Shown one piece after another: positions 24,503 through 38,067 of a stretch of 64,000 bases of DNA. The notes under the pieces were generated by a model. The model did not search any database. It had not been told where the DNA came from and saw only the letters and a list, made by a program, of their open reading frames with translations. The stretch is from assembly GCF_018350175.1 (NCBI RefSeq), contig NC_058368.1:169572001-169636000 (forward strand). Reading direction: 5' to 3'. Each line of letters begins with the position of its first letter. Within the stretch, counting starts at the first letter, position 1. The stretch is from Felis catus. Lineage: Eukaryota. A program made the position numbers and the translations under genes.

Positions 24503-26200
24503 AAAGTAATGCATTTCCTACGTCAGAGAATTTCTATCATCAATGTATGTGATTTTTTTTTTCTTTTAACTTCCCAATACTAGTGAAGCTGTTTGGATCA
24601 GCTAGCTATATTGGCAGGTTCTTCTCATAATTCTTGGAAGGAAAGATATGTGTATCTTTCTAACTGGGAAGAGGTTAGTGGTTCAGACTATGGCAGAAGG
24701 GGAAAAGGCTACCTCCTTCCCTCACTCATGGAGGTCCTACTGTTCATCACAGCCTTATGAACGGAGTAAGGAGCTGAAAGCATCTGTGACTGAGGTCGTT
24801 GAGTTGCAAGAGTGACATCTACCAGAAAAGAACTTCTATGAGAATTCTGAAAATTCTGTTGATGCGGGCAGGGCGTGGGGGCACTTCAGCCCATTCAGTA
24901 TTGTCACTGTATTATTATTTACGTTTTCCAGTTTCCAGTGTACTTCTCACATAAACCTTTAGTGCCTGGGCTGCCTGCACTTACATTCTTTTCCACAAAT
25001 CCCACAGATTCAAACTTCCTTTCTTTAACTGTTTGCGTGTACCTTCACTGAGCCCGGGGGATTCTTCTTGGCTCCCAGCAAAAGTCCTCCTTGCTCCCTT
25101 CTTCTGTGCGTCATTTCTGCTTACACAGCCATCTTTGTTTAAAGAGTGTACTGGTTATTAGCACACCATGGGAGATTGTGTGTGAGGAGTAGGCAGTGGT
25201 GGGGAATAATTAAAACTGCAGGTAAATGTCCAGGATTCTTGGAACCTTAAAAACCTTACACTGTATGAAATAGGATAGGACCAACCTTTCTTCTTTTGAT
25301 TGCTTGCTTTCCTGATAGCTGTCTTTCTTAGAAGATCCTGTATCTCCTCTACATAGTCTGTATGAAGATTGTTGGATCTCTTTGTAACTCACCTCTCCAT
25401 CTCTAAAATAGACCCAGTGCTTCACTAAGGGCAAGTAGGTATAGTTAGGGTAGCATGACAGATCGAAATTAGTGAACAGTTTAGGCTTATCCAAGAAAAT
25501 AAATGCTTGATACATTTGGGACTTTTTCAAGCTGTCCTCTGCTTTATATAGCAAAGGGCAAAATGAATCACTCCATAACAAGGGGTCCTAAGAGATACCA
25601 AACTCAATTAAAATTGATTTAACTTCTGGGGAGCTCTCCAGATTATACTCCACAAATACTAATATGGTAATATCACTTTCAGCCATAAATCATCTCCTTG
25701 GATCTCTTGTCTCTTTTCCTAGATTATAGATCATGGGCAATAATAGACTGTCTCTTGAACCAACAGAGTGTAAATTTCTGCTTCTAATTTCCAGTGTGTA
25801 AGGTGAATGGTGAAGAAAAAGGCTTGCATGGCTCTGTTGGGGAATGGCAGTGCAGATGACAGGTGGACTGGCCTGTAGCAGAGCTGACCTTTACTCATTT
25901 AATGTCCTCTTTCCCCTGCAGAACTCTTTGGAGAATCATTTGCATGTTACATTTCATCTGCATTTATCTCATCCCAGCCTCTTCGTCCTTCTGTTGAGTT
26001 AACATGTGCCCCGGAGTGATTGTTTTCTACCATCTGACAATTAAAAAAAAAAAAAAAAAGAGGCGGGGGAGGTGAGGAAAGGTGAATGGCAACACATTTA
26101 GCATGAAAGATGGTAAAGATAATAAGAACAGAAAAGAGGAAAAAGTGTGTAACTTTGCAAGGAGTTCTATACAGCATATTTAAGAAAAGCAGAGCAATTA

Positions 26201-26364
26201 GGGTACCTTGGTGACTCAGTTGGTTAAACATATACCTCTTGACTTTGACTCAGGTCATAATCTCACATTTTGTGAGTTTGAGCCCTGTGTTGGGCTCTAC
26301 ACTGACAACATAGAGCCTGCTTGGGGTTCTGTTTCTTTCCCTTTCTCTCTTCCTCACCCCTGCT

Positions 26365-26412
<48 letters not shown>

Positions 26413-26460
26413 GGCTCTGTCTCTTTCTCAAAGTATAACTTAAAATTTTTTTTTTTTTAA
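26201..26460 (+). mobile_element. Can-SINE with (CT)n, just upstream of exon ~17
   Basis: Head ccttggtgactcagttggttaa; decayed TSD aagaaaagcagagcaat/aagagaagtggagcaat. Confidence 0.93.
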
Positions 26461-26513
26461 AAGAGAAGTGGAGCAATAAACTTCTATTAAGGTACATATT
26501 CTTTTAAATTTAG

Positions 26514-26647
26514 GAATAGATGGACAGTCTGTGGAAGTTTCCAATATTGTGGACATCAGAAAAGAACATAACCGTGAGATTGCAATGAGAATTTCTTCTA
26601 GCATCAACAGCCAAAACAGATTTTATACTGACCTGAATGGATACCAG
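26514..26647 (+). CDS. MAN2A1: MAN2A1 coding exon (~exon 17), 134 nt
   Basis: aatttag|GA...CAG|gtaatt; (G)IDGQSVEVSNIVDIRKEHNREIAMRISSSINSQNRFYTDLNGYQ, with the GH38 FYTDLNG motif. Confidence 0.97.
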
Positions 26648-27047
26648 GTAATTTTCCTTTAAAATCTGTAAGTAATGGCTATATTAGTGTGTAACTTTTA
26701 TAAATGGTAATAGGCCAGTTGATTTTGGGTACTTCAAAAATGCTTAAGTTTAAAAATTATTTTCAAAATAAAACTGAATTTTAACAGGTACTCTAGGTTC
26801 CTTATTCAATCAGATTTCCAAAGTTAAAACAAATATTTGAGGAATTGGTTTGTAGAACATCTGATTGGAAGGGTATATTTTCTCAAAGGAAGATTTGGTG
26901 ACCATTTGCATGTTAATTCCCTTGATGCCAAAATGTATATAAATTTGTCTAATAAAAAGGAAGCATAATCAGGGGTTGAAGAAGTGTGTATTTTTCCCCT
27001 CATAAGGAAATGGTCTGTGCATATTTAACTTATTACATATATACTTT

Positions 27048-27242
27048 AAAAAAAATTTAGGTTTATTTATTTATTTCGAGAGAGAGGAGAGAGAGAGTGG
27101 CAGGGAGAGAAAGAATCCCAAACAGGCTTCACACTGTCAGCACTGAGCCTGACCCGGGGCTCAAACTCATGAACCGTGAGATCATGACCCGAGTCCAAAT
27201 CAACAGTCAGACACTTAACCAACTGAGCCATACAGGCACACC
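27048..27242 (-). mobile_element. Can-SINE
   Basis: TSD tacatatatacttt at 27034-27047 and 27246-27259. Confidence 0.94.
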
Positions 27243-28322
27243 AAATACATATATACTTTTAAATGTATAATGTATTAATGAGCTCTTTTAAATTTCATGA
27301 GAACTCTTCCCCTCTTTTTATGAATAATGTATATATGTTCACCTTAATACACACGCATCTGTGTACATGGACACACAAATACAAACATGTATCTATTGAG
27401 AAATGTGAGTAGGTATGTGTTTAATCGAAATGTTCACAAAATAGTTTGAAATAGTAATGAGAAAATTGACTAAAAATCTTTTCAGATTGTCAGCTCTCTA
27501 ATTTAATTGGGCTCTTTTGATTGTTACCTAAATTTCTGTATTCAGAGTGTATGTGTGTGACAACGTATCTTTGAAATAATACTATTAAAAACATTAGCAT
27601 GTTTTCGAGACATTAGCGTTTTAGAAATTTCTGGCTATGAATAGAAATAATTTCACAACAAATGCTTTTACTTTGTCTGATTTTAAACTGGAATGAGTGA
27701 AAGGGGTTGTGATAATTTTCTCTTCTACAATTTCCTGCAAAGGTTAAATTTAAACCTTTTTCAAAGCATAAAAATTACATTATACACTTTGAATTTACAT
27801 GTTAATTCCACCACAGCTGTTTGGTTTTCAAACGAATCCCCGACTTTATGGTGATTCATTTTCCTTGTATACAAAAGAAACTCTTTTCTTAAAATCTTAC
27901 AGAAGCAATTATTTGTATGTGTGGGTGTCTACATGAATGAAAAAAAAATAGTACAAGTGAATAAAAATGTGAGTTTTCTTTTCAAGGATCAAGCATTTGA
28001 ATACATGGGAAAATATTATTTCTAAATTTATAACCTAAATATTTCTGCTTTTAAAATAGGCCTATTAACAAAACAGACTTCAAAAAAAAAAAAAACATTT
28101 TTTAGGCCTCAGAACGAATTGTACTTGGGCAAAACTAGAAATCTAGACCCACAGGTAGGGAGTGAGAGTGACAGCCCCAGAGTTCTGACAGATTAAATGT
28201 CCTTTTTATGAGAATACAAGTTAATTTGAATGTGAAGATCAGGATTACACAGGAGAAATGGAGAATTCTTTCAAGCTATCCTTTTTTTTTTCCTCCAATT
28301 TTTACAGTTGTTTCTCTACAAG

Positions 28323-28775
28323 TGTATTAATTTCCTAGGCCTGTGATACAGATGACCACAAATTGGGTGGATTAAAACAATAGGAATTTACTCTCTCACA
28401 GTTCTAGACACCATAAGTCCAAAATCAAGGTGTCCTTAGGGCCACACTCCCTCCAAAGGCTCTGGGGAAGTATGCCTCCTTGACTATTCTAGCTTCTGGT
28501 GGCGTCAGGCCATCCTGGGCACCATTGGTTTATAGACACATCCCTCCAATCTCTGCCTCTGCTGTCACAGAGTAGCTATGATGTTCTCTTTGTATCTCTG
28601 TATGTGTCCCTGTGTGTCCCAATTTCCCTCTTCGAAGGACGCCAGTCATTGGATTAGAGCCCACCCTAATCCAGGATAACTTGATTATATCTGTAGAGAT
28701 CTCATTGCAAAATAAAATCACATTCCCAGGTTCTGGATGGACATGGGTTTGGGGGGACACCATTCAGTACAACCA
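28323..28775 (-). mobile_element. ERVL-MaLR solo LTR (MLT1B/C-like)
   Basis: tgtattaatttcctagg...ttaaaacaataggaatttactctctcacagttctag...gtcattggattagagcccaccctaatccag...ggggggacaccattca. Confidence 0.88.
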
Positions 28776-29690
28776 GCAAGTGAAGGACACACTACAGGGT
28801 TTCTGTAAAGATTAGAGATCTTATTTGTGAGATACCCAGTAGTGTGCCTGGTGTTAATTGGCACTCAGTATGTGTTAACTATTATGTTAACTTTGTACTT
28901 CTTTTTTTCTCGATTGTCATGTCAGACTTTCGTGAGTTTAACAGTAGAGATGTCATTTTTATGGTATGAATAAGATACACCTGATAACTGAGTCCCTGTG
29001 TGGGTTGAGTGAGTCTCCTTGACCCCACCCGGCTTAGTGCATTTTCAGTCAAAAAATAAAATAATGTATTTCATGCATTCAGATACTAGACCAAGAAAAA
29101 TTGAAATTTAGAACTATCTACATTGAAACGAAACAGGAAGAGTAAGCACTGAATAGTTTTTAAATATAAATATGAATTTGATTATTTTAATGTAATATGT
29201 TAGAGGATGTGATGAGGGGATCTGTGGTATTTATTAAAACTGATTCAAGAATTTTAAGAGATATTTCTTGAAAGGGGATAGAGAGCTATTATGCTTAGCA
29301 TTCATTACCAAAGCGGTATGTTAGATTTAGATGAGAAATGAATACTTAATACCTTTATAATTTGTTTTATGCAAATACTGGAAAGCTAGAAGACTTTTGT
29401 TAAAGATTTTTATTATGAATTTAAATAGGAATGCCTATTTTTAAAACCAGGATAAGTTCTACCTTTCTCACTTTAGGGTTGTTTTCTAAGATCCTTGTGA
29501 TTTTTTTTTTTTAATATTGTTTTGAAGAATGTTTTAATTTTCAATTTAGTTCTGTCTTTGAACAAGAAAGGAAGCTATACTTTTTTCTGTTTGGAAGAAA
29601 ACTCATCCATAGTCAGTACTAATTTTTTAAATCACATATGTAAATATCACTTGATTTCTTTTTTTTAAAGTGAACTGTTTGGTCTTATAG

Positions 29691-29832
29691 ATTCAGCCTA
29701 GAATGACAATGAGCAAATTACCTCTTCAAGCAAATGTCTACCCAATGACAACAATGGCCTATATCCAGGATGCCAAGCATCGCTTGACCTTACTTTCCGC
29801 TCAGTCTTTAGGGGTTTCAAGTTTGAAAAGTG
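29691..29832 (+). CDS. MAN2A1: MAN2A1 coding exon (~exon 18), 142 nt
   Basis: tcttatag|ATT...AGTG|gtgcgt; [47 protein letters not shown] plus 1 nt. Confidence 0.96.
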
Positions 29833-32325
29833 GTGCGTATTGTTTGGGTTCTTTTTTGCTCTTTTTTTTTCAGTTCCAAGTGTATAATTTTTCTGTTGGT
29901 CATATGTATTAATTATTATCTTCAGACACCAGCCACCTTCTCTTGAAAACAAGAATATTAGTTAATTTTGGGTTTTGTGAAAATAACGTAATGTATATCC
30001 TTAATCTTCTGATGAAGAATGAGGGACTTGAAACTCCATGAAACCATTGTTTCTTAAAGATAGTTTATCTCTCCTGATAGCTCGTTGTTTGCACAAGGCT
30101 CTGTCATTGTCATAATTGAATGGCTGTGGAAACTCAGACTCCAGAAGTTAAGGAGGAAAGGAGGCAGGGAGAAGAGTTAGAAATTCCCAAGTTAACCTAA
30201 GTGCCCAAGGCAGGAGGTTATAGTCCATACCTAGGTCCTTCCCTGAATCACATCCTTCTAGGGCACTACCACCTGAAAGAAGAAAGAAAGGGAGTTGTAA
30301 TGATACAGATATGGGGATGAAGAAGTGACAGATACAACTTTAAGGATTCTGTAAAAGAGACAAGATGGAAAGAAAAAATAGTAGACACAGATTAATTTTT
30401 ATAAAACCTTCTGTTGGAAGGCTGATATCCCTTACAATACATATTTTTAATTATCCTTTACATGTAGTCAGTTGCTCTTCCTTACATACTAAGACTTGCT
30501 AAGACAAATGTCTTAGGAGCCAGGCAGATAATAAAGGAGTGAAGGTGCCTGGTGTACCCTGTGTCACAAACCCACTTTTTATATTAGGCATATGCATGCA
30601 TTCTGTATGTCCATGCACACACAAAAACATGCTACTTCTAATTTTTCTTTGTGGCTTTCATTACACAGAATCATGAGATTATGCCATAAAGACATTACTA
30701 CCTTTGTAAAAATAATAATGGCCTCCCATCAGGGATGTAGTGGGGAGCGGTGGGGCTTCAGCAAACTGGAGCCCACCATTCTCCGTGCACAGTGGGGCAG
30801 CCGCTGCTCGGTGGCAGGCCATCATCTCCATGGGGAATGGGGCCCCTTGTTGCCAATTTTTTCTGTGTTTGAACAACCCAGAAGTCTGGGATTTTATGTG
30901 AAGCTGTCCAATCTGTAAATGTTGACTTGGCTTGTTTAAAAATCAAAATATAAAACATCTTTTTGCCAGCTGTGACTCTTGAACCACCCATTTTAAATGT
31001 TGCCTTAAGTTCTCAAAGTTGGTCCCTTCAGTAGGGAACTAGACATTACGACTGGAACAGTCATGGACTAAACCGTTATCCCACTTTTCTGATAAAGACG
31101 AGCTGAGAGATAAGGCTCCTCTGCTCCTGCTAGAGACCCCCAGCACCCTGGGGTTTGAATGCCTGCATACATAAAAACAATTTGAGAACAGTCCATGAGA
31201 TTTACTAAGTGCCACATACTGTGTAGACTAACATTTGGAGACAGGGAGAAGAGAGAAATTGCCAGGAGATTGATGTACTAATTTGGGTATGAAATGGTCA
31301 TACCCTAGATAGCCCCATTGCCTGAGGAGCAAGTTCTAGATCGTTGTGTCCTACAATACATATGGAGGTAGTAATGACGAGAATTCTGACCATCACTGGC
31401 GGTTTTGTGTACTAGATACCTAAACTCAGAAGAAAGAAACTAAACAGAGTTGGTTTGACTAGGTCAGAATAATAGTTTTTAAAATAGCTTACATATTGCT
31501 CTTTTATGCTGAACAGTCATTTAATACTGTAACAAATACGAATGAGTGGATGGATGAATATATATATATTTTTTTAAGTGTACACGACTAGGGCTTTTTT
31601 AGTATAAACATATGAATATGGCCCTGGGTAGCTTTTTGGGTTGTTTTGGTTTGGTTTGATTGATTGGTTGATTGATTTATATTAGTTTGTCAACTCATAA
31701 CCTAACTATTATCTTACAACTTAAACTAGAGAAGATGTGGAATTATTTCACAGCAAATGAAGGAACCAAATAAAACCCCTTTTTGAGCTAGAGGAGAGAG
31801 GACAGTTGATGCCACTAACATAGTACAGGAGGGAAGGAGGGGGTACATGGAGGGTGTCTCCAAATTCTGGCATTTCTTCACAGGATTGCCACCTTATCAA
31901 GTAAGTTAAATTGTATTTCAAATCCTTTTTAGATTCTATGCATCTGTATTTGTCTTAATATTCTCTGTGGATATATATTTTCTGTGAACCTCATAAACAT
32001 TTTTTAAATTCCAAATGCTGCCGTTAAAAATTTTAGAGGCCATAATTTACTCTTCAGATTAATTCTTTTTAAATTTCACTTGAATTTTGGTCTGATTTTT
32101 AAATTTCTTTTCACATTTTACTAGACATTAATGAAGAACAGAAATACAATCCTATTTTTTTGCATTTATACTAGCTGCTTTGAGAGAAAGCCCTTGGTAC
32201 TGTGGGTTGTAGAGATCGGTCTCCTCGACTTAAGTCGGACCATGCCTATACTTATGTGATCCTCAGTGGATGTTTGTATTTAATAACCCTGGCCAGTTTG
32301 TTTGGTTTTTTTGTTTGTTTGTTAG

Positions 32326-32459
32326 GTCAGATTGAAGTTATCATGGATCGGAGACTCATGCAAGATGATAATCGTGGCCTTGAACAAGGTGTCCATGATA
32401 ACAAGATTACAGCTAATTTATTTCGAATACTACTGGAAAAAAGAAGTGTTGTGAATGTG
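32326..32459 (+). CDS. MAN2A1: MAN2A1 coding exon (~exon 19), 134 nt
   Basis: tttgttag|GT...GTG|gtaaga; (G)[44 protein letters not shown], with the GH38 DRRLxQDDxRG motif. Confidence 0.97.
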
Positions 32460-33224
32460 GTAAGAAAAAAAAAAATAACTCACATGTTCTGATGTTGATT
32501 GTTCTTTGCCATCCAAAATTTGAAATTTTTACTTTCCACTGTTTTATGATTTATGGTTTCTAGTTTTGAGATATCTTTGTAATAGACTTAGTCTCTACTG
32601 ACAAGAAAGAGAACTTCAGTTACACATATCCTGTGAGATTTGCATTTAGGTCGTCTTTTTCTTTTATTTTTGCTTATTATGTAGATAGAGAATTATGTTA
32701 AGGAATCAGTTTGGATGAAATTTTATGAAATTATTTTGAAAGAAAGTAAGAGTTGAATTTAAAGATAGAATGTGGTTGTATACTAAGGAGATTAAGTTTG
32801 ATTCGTAAAATTTATTTAAAACCTAGTGTACCTATTCTAGTCTTAGACTCATCAGTTGAAAATTGATTTACTTGTTTGTCTTGTTCAGTTTTCATGCTCA
32901 GAACAAAACCCCAGCATTCCATTAAATAATCTAGCTGAAGCTCAGTTGGACATGAACCAATATGATAGTATGCTTCTTCAAGGTGACATAGAAGTCATCA
33001 TCACGGTCCTCCATACATACTGATTTCCCACCTCATTTGGCCCTCTCCATGGCCCTTTTTTTCTTATTCTGCTCTCCTTGTCTCTTCACTGAGCATTTCA
33101 AATCTTTTCCATTCTTTTTAGCAGATGACTGCATGGACTTCACAGAAGGAAAAGCCATTTAACAGTGCTCTCTGTTCTAGATATCAGCCATCTACTCCCA
33201 CCCTTTCCCCCTGCTTAACCCTGC

Positions 33225-33710
33225 TGATGTCTTCTCAGTGCTGTCATTATAAAAGCCAAAATCCTTACCGTAGCATGAAGAGCCTATCACGATGTGGGCC
33301 CTGCCTGTTCCCGCAGCTTCATCTAGCATGACTCTCACTATTTCTACTCTGAACCCACTGGTTTTCTTTCGATCCTAAGTAATCCCCATGCACCCTGTGC
33401 CTACGGCACCTTTGCACTTGTGATTTCATTCTCTGCCCAGGGAACTCTTCGTAGTAGTTGAGATCAAAGTTCTCTTGGTCAACTGCTTCTGCTGGACCAG
33501 GCCAGATCACCTTCTTCAGTGCTTCCTCAGACTATTCAGCTGTCCTCCATGCACATGTGTGATTATTTCATCATTGTCCTTCTCCTCTTTTGGACCATAA
33601 CTTCCCTGAGAGTAGGGGTTCTCTCCCTCTGCTTCTAGGATTGTCCCTAGCAGAGGAAGCAGTCACTATTTGGTGCAGGAATGAATACACAAATACATAA
33701 ATGAGCGAGC
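33225..33710 (+). mobile_element. L2 3' fragment
   Basis: Pyrimidine-rich, cctttgcacttg...ccataacttccctgagagtaggg...gaatgaat end. Confidence 0.65.
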
Positions 33711-36324
33711 TGGAATTGCACACTGTGCCACTACATCTGTCCCAACCACTGTTTACTGCCTTGTCATACTATGCATGTTCTCTCCCCCTGCTAGATTCTA
33801 GGGACTTGTCTACTTCTTTTCATGTTCCCCACAGGGCCTTCTTGCCTGTGGTACATATTCTATAAATACAACATTAGTTGATTGAATGAAATGGCAACAG
33901 CTCATTAAAGCAAAGAATTCTTCCAGTATGTAGAATCTTTTAGGAAAAAGATTTTAATATCCATTTTTAGATGTCAAGATTTATACCAGTTCTTGGGACT
34001 CATGGTTTAAATCAATTACTGACAAGATGGCTTAATTTTAGGTCTAAAACTGCATAGGAAAATCATTGTCTGAGTGCTGGCAGCTACTGTCTTTTTCTTC
34101 TCCTGAAAATGTTTCCGGCTTTTATGGTTTTTTTCTCTCTATATAGACACTAATTTGCAAAACTTCTGTTAACTATGGCAAGAAGAATTTTCATGTCAGA
34201 TCTATAAAGCTTTCATTTAGAAGTGAAATAATTTGTTTATTCCCATTCAAAACTCCTTGGATAGTAATTGATTGAAATTTGATCCAATGTTTTTATAATC
34301 CTGTGTTGGTTAAATTTTCCTTTTGCTCAACTATACATTCTTGGACTTAAATCAATAGTTTCTTTTAAATAAAAAATGAACTAGAGAAGAAAAAATACAT
34401 TTTAATTTCTAGTGAAATTGACTAAAAAGACATTTGATTAAGAAATGTTCCATCTCATATAACTTAAACTTTCTAGAAAGTGTTTTTATTTTCAACTCAG
34501 ACTCTAATCTTTAAAATAACAATGATAGAAACCATGGTAAGGAGACACTCTTCTGTACAGGAGAGCATTTTAGTGGAAAGTCTTGAGCCTGCCAGAGCCT
34601 CCTGGGAGTAATCTGGATGACTAAATGGAAGTGAGTCCTGTTTTTGAGGGTTCTGTGGAGAGGCACTGAGAACAAGGACTGGAATGATAATCGCTGTTAA
34701 GATATACAGATGCCCGATGGGTTGCTCTGGCTATGTGAGGCTGACTGTCGTCCATGGTTATGACACTCAAGGGTCAACAGAAGTGGTAAATGGGAATTGT
34801 CTCTTTGGCATTGACCCTTTAGGATTTGTTTCTTTGATGCCTACTCCCTGTCCCTTCCTGCTGATGATTGCTAAGTAAAGAGGGGCATTGAACCAGGAAT
34901 CACTGAAGTTAGGTGACCATAGGTCTTTGATGACTATGAGGTCATATCCCACTGAGGAGCTACAACTCAGTCCCACTTGAGGGAATGTAGGGGCCTAGTG
35001 TGACTTGGATATCCAGTGTTTTGGGTTAAAAAAAAAAAAGTCACCTGTTTTTGTGAGTTTCTGTTACTTTTGTTGACAACTTTAATGTGAAATGTCCTGG
35101 ATTTTTTTGTTTTTTTGAGAGTTGGCCCCAAAACAAACAACTTCTTAATGTCGTGCGGACCTACCAAAACGTATCTATATAGGCAAATTTAGCCCACACA
35201 TCACCAGGCTTCACCTCTGCATTGAATGATATTTATTTCTAAAACTCATGATTCAGTATAATTTTCCTTCATTATTTTTTTCTCTTTTTACCCCATCCTT
35301 TCCCCTACTGTATTTTTCTCTCATTTATTTATGTTGCATTTGCTTTTAATAGATTAAGTTCAGTATACATTTATCAAGGTCCCACCATGAATCAGGTCAT
35401 ACTGAATAAGCAAAAGGGACTCAAAATATCATCTCTTATTATCTTAAATAACTTATTTATTAGGAAGTTCTGATGTAGATGAATGGGAACCTTTGATGAT
35501 TAGGGATCTGATTACTTAAGCAGACTTAATGAAGGGCACCACAGAGCCTAGCAAGAAATTCTGACTTAGGAAATAAGGGCCGGAACCCAATGGAGATCTC
35601 AACTTGGTACAGTTTGGATGAGAATGTGCCAGAAACTATTTTTAATTTCACACAGGCTGCAAGGAGAAAGCTAGACTTGAACAGCTTGAAGCCTTCCAAC
35701 CAACAAGAAACCAAATGATGTTTATAGTAGTATATTAGTTACTACAAGGCTGGGGAATTCATTTACAGCTTAAACAAACACATAAATTTTCCTCTAGCAA
35801 ACATGTTTTATAAGCTTTGGGTTTATCATAAAGGTCACATTAAAAGATTACCTTTCCAGGAGATTAATCAAGAACTGATAATTCAACAATTAAATATCTT
35901 GTTGAGCCCCTCGTTACTGTAAAAATGTTAGGAAAGTGCATGAATGATGGAGCCTTCCAGGACACTTGGTCCCACCCTGCCTGGCCAGCTTCCAGCAGTT
36001 TTGTGTATTGGTGGTGCTCTTCCAGCCCCGACCCACACTCTACCATAAACTTATATTCCTTGTCTCGCTTAGGACAATAAGTGGCTTAGTTCTTGAACCC
36101 TCGAGGTACTTACATTCATGACATTGTTTCCTTTGACAAGACTTTTCATTCACATGTTTCTGATTCTGAATCATTTTCTTAATCCAGAAAAAGTTAAAGG
36201 GTGAGACTTATACTTTTGATTCCAAAAGGAGCTCTCTTTCTTCCACAAGGTTGGGAAGATTATCAGGGGTGATGGTTTCCAGCACATGTCCACAGAGCTA
36301 CATGTGACTGACTGAGATTTGAGA

Positions 36325-36468
36325 TTCACTTTGGGGAGCTGTTAAGCTTCGGCTTCCCAGGGCCCACTCCCAGACATTCTGATTTAGTAGGTTTGTATTA
36401 AGGCCCAGAGATCTAAGTTTAAAGCTCCTCAAGCCATTCTTATGTGTGGTCAATTTGGGGGAGCACTG
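36325..36468. mobile_element. MER5A-like hAT relic
   Basis: gggcccactcccagacattctgatttagtaggtttg...ggcccagagatct. Confidence 0.7.
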
Positions 36469-37763
36469 AAGGTCAGGAGAACTGGTTTGGGTTGGGAAGA
36501 ATGGTATATATGCACATTACTGTTTGTAGGGTATAGGTGATCCATCAAGAAGTGTCCCACCTATTCACTGAAGTGTCCAGGAATTCCTCCAAGAGCATAG
36601 AACAAAGCCAGAGAGCGTTTTCTGAATGTTTCTTGACCTAGAATGGACTTAATGCCTTCCAATTCTGATAAGGCAGGTGTCTTCTTTTCTTTTGGAAACT
36701 TTTATCTTTTATTACTGAAAAGTGATTTTGTCAGCAATCCTGACCTAGATTATGAAGTCCTTTGATCTTGGAATACATGTAAAGTTTCTTATTGAAACTC
36801 TTCCCTCAATATTCAGTAACATGCATTAAATTTCAGTATTGTTGGAGAATATTGCTATATATGCTTTTTTAATCTTTCTTTAAAAAAAAAGAGTGTGGAA
36901 TGGGTACTTTTTTTTTACAACTCTTTTAGATCTAATATTTTTTGTCAGTATCTTAATATTGCAGTGTCCCTCTGCTGCTTTTAATTTTTTTTTCCCTCTC
37001 TCCATAGTCTGAATTGTAATGACATCTACAGTTCGCTGCTGGCAAGATGCTTGTCACTCTTTGCTAACCCTGTGCTAATCTGACATTCTGAATTTTAAGC
37101 TCTGTATCCTCTATAAATCCTATCTTTTCTCACAGATAAGTAGCCAAGCCTTTTATTTGAGCCCTGTATTGCAAAAAGAGTGCAAAATCAGAAGATATCA
37201 GTGAAATGGACATTTAAAAAAAGAAGATACAAAATTAAATTTGTTCCAAATGTCACTGTTGATTAAAAAACCTTTCTGTATAAATTATTTTCTCTTCTTA
37301 GTGCTTTTCTACGTCTGCTTTTATACCTTAGGCATAATTAGTTAAGGTTCCACTTAGTCACTGATTTAATTAATTGGGTGTGTCATCTACCATATGCATA
37401 TCCCCAGCCCTGGCAGACTTATTTAATGTTTGAACATGCTGAACCACTTGTCTGGAAGTATATTCCATAGCAATGACTAAATTACTTTTAAGTTATACTG
37501 AATAATTGTGTACTAGGTAGGTATATAATAACTATTCCATAACATATATAACACTTTCTGTTTGGAGAATAAAGTACAGTGAAGTAAGTGGCATTGATTT
37601 ACCAAATTATCAGATGATCTAGATACACTACTACCTGTGTTGTTTAAAATCCTTATTCATATTGAGAATTTCTTCAAAAAAATCCTGTCATTGGGTCACA
37701 TTTATAGAGCACACCTTTGGATCAACACATGATGTCATTTTTTTTTTTTAATGAAACCATGAT

Positions 37764-37972
37764 GGAGGCACTTGGGTGGCTCAGTCAATTAAGCATCCAA
37801 CTCTTGGTTTTGGCTCAGGTCATGATCTCACAGTCTGTGAGATTGAGCTCCATGTCGGGCTCTGTGCTGACAGTACAGAGCTTGCTTGGGATTCTCTCTC
37901 TCCTCTCTTTCTGCCTTTCCCCTGCTCCCTCTCCCTCTCTCTCTCAAAACAAATAAATTTAAAGAAAAAAAA
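37764..37972 (+). mobile_element. Can-SINE
   Basis: cttgggtggctcagtcaattaagcatccaactcttgg head, CT region, A tail. Confidence 0.94.
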
Positions 37973-38067
37973 ATCATGAGAATATGTGGGGTAAAACCTG
38001 AGGGAGAAGAGATAACATTTGATGATATGCGAGATGTATGAATATCCCAACCTATCTACTTAAAGAA

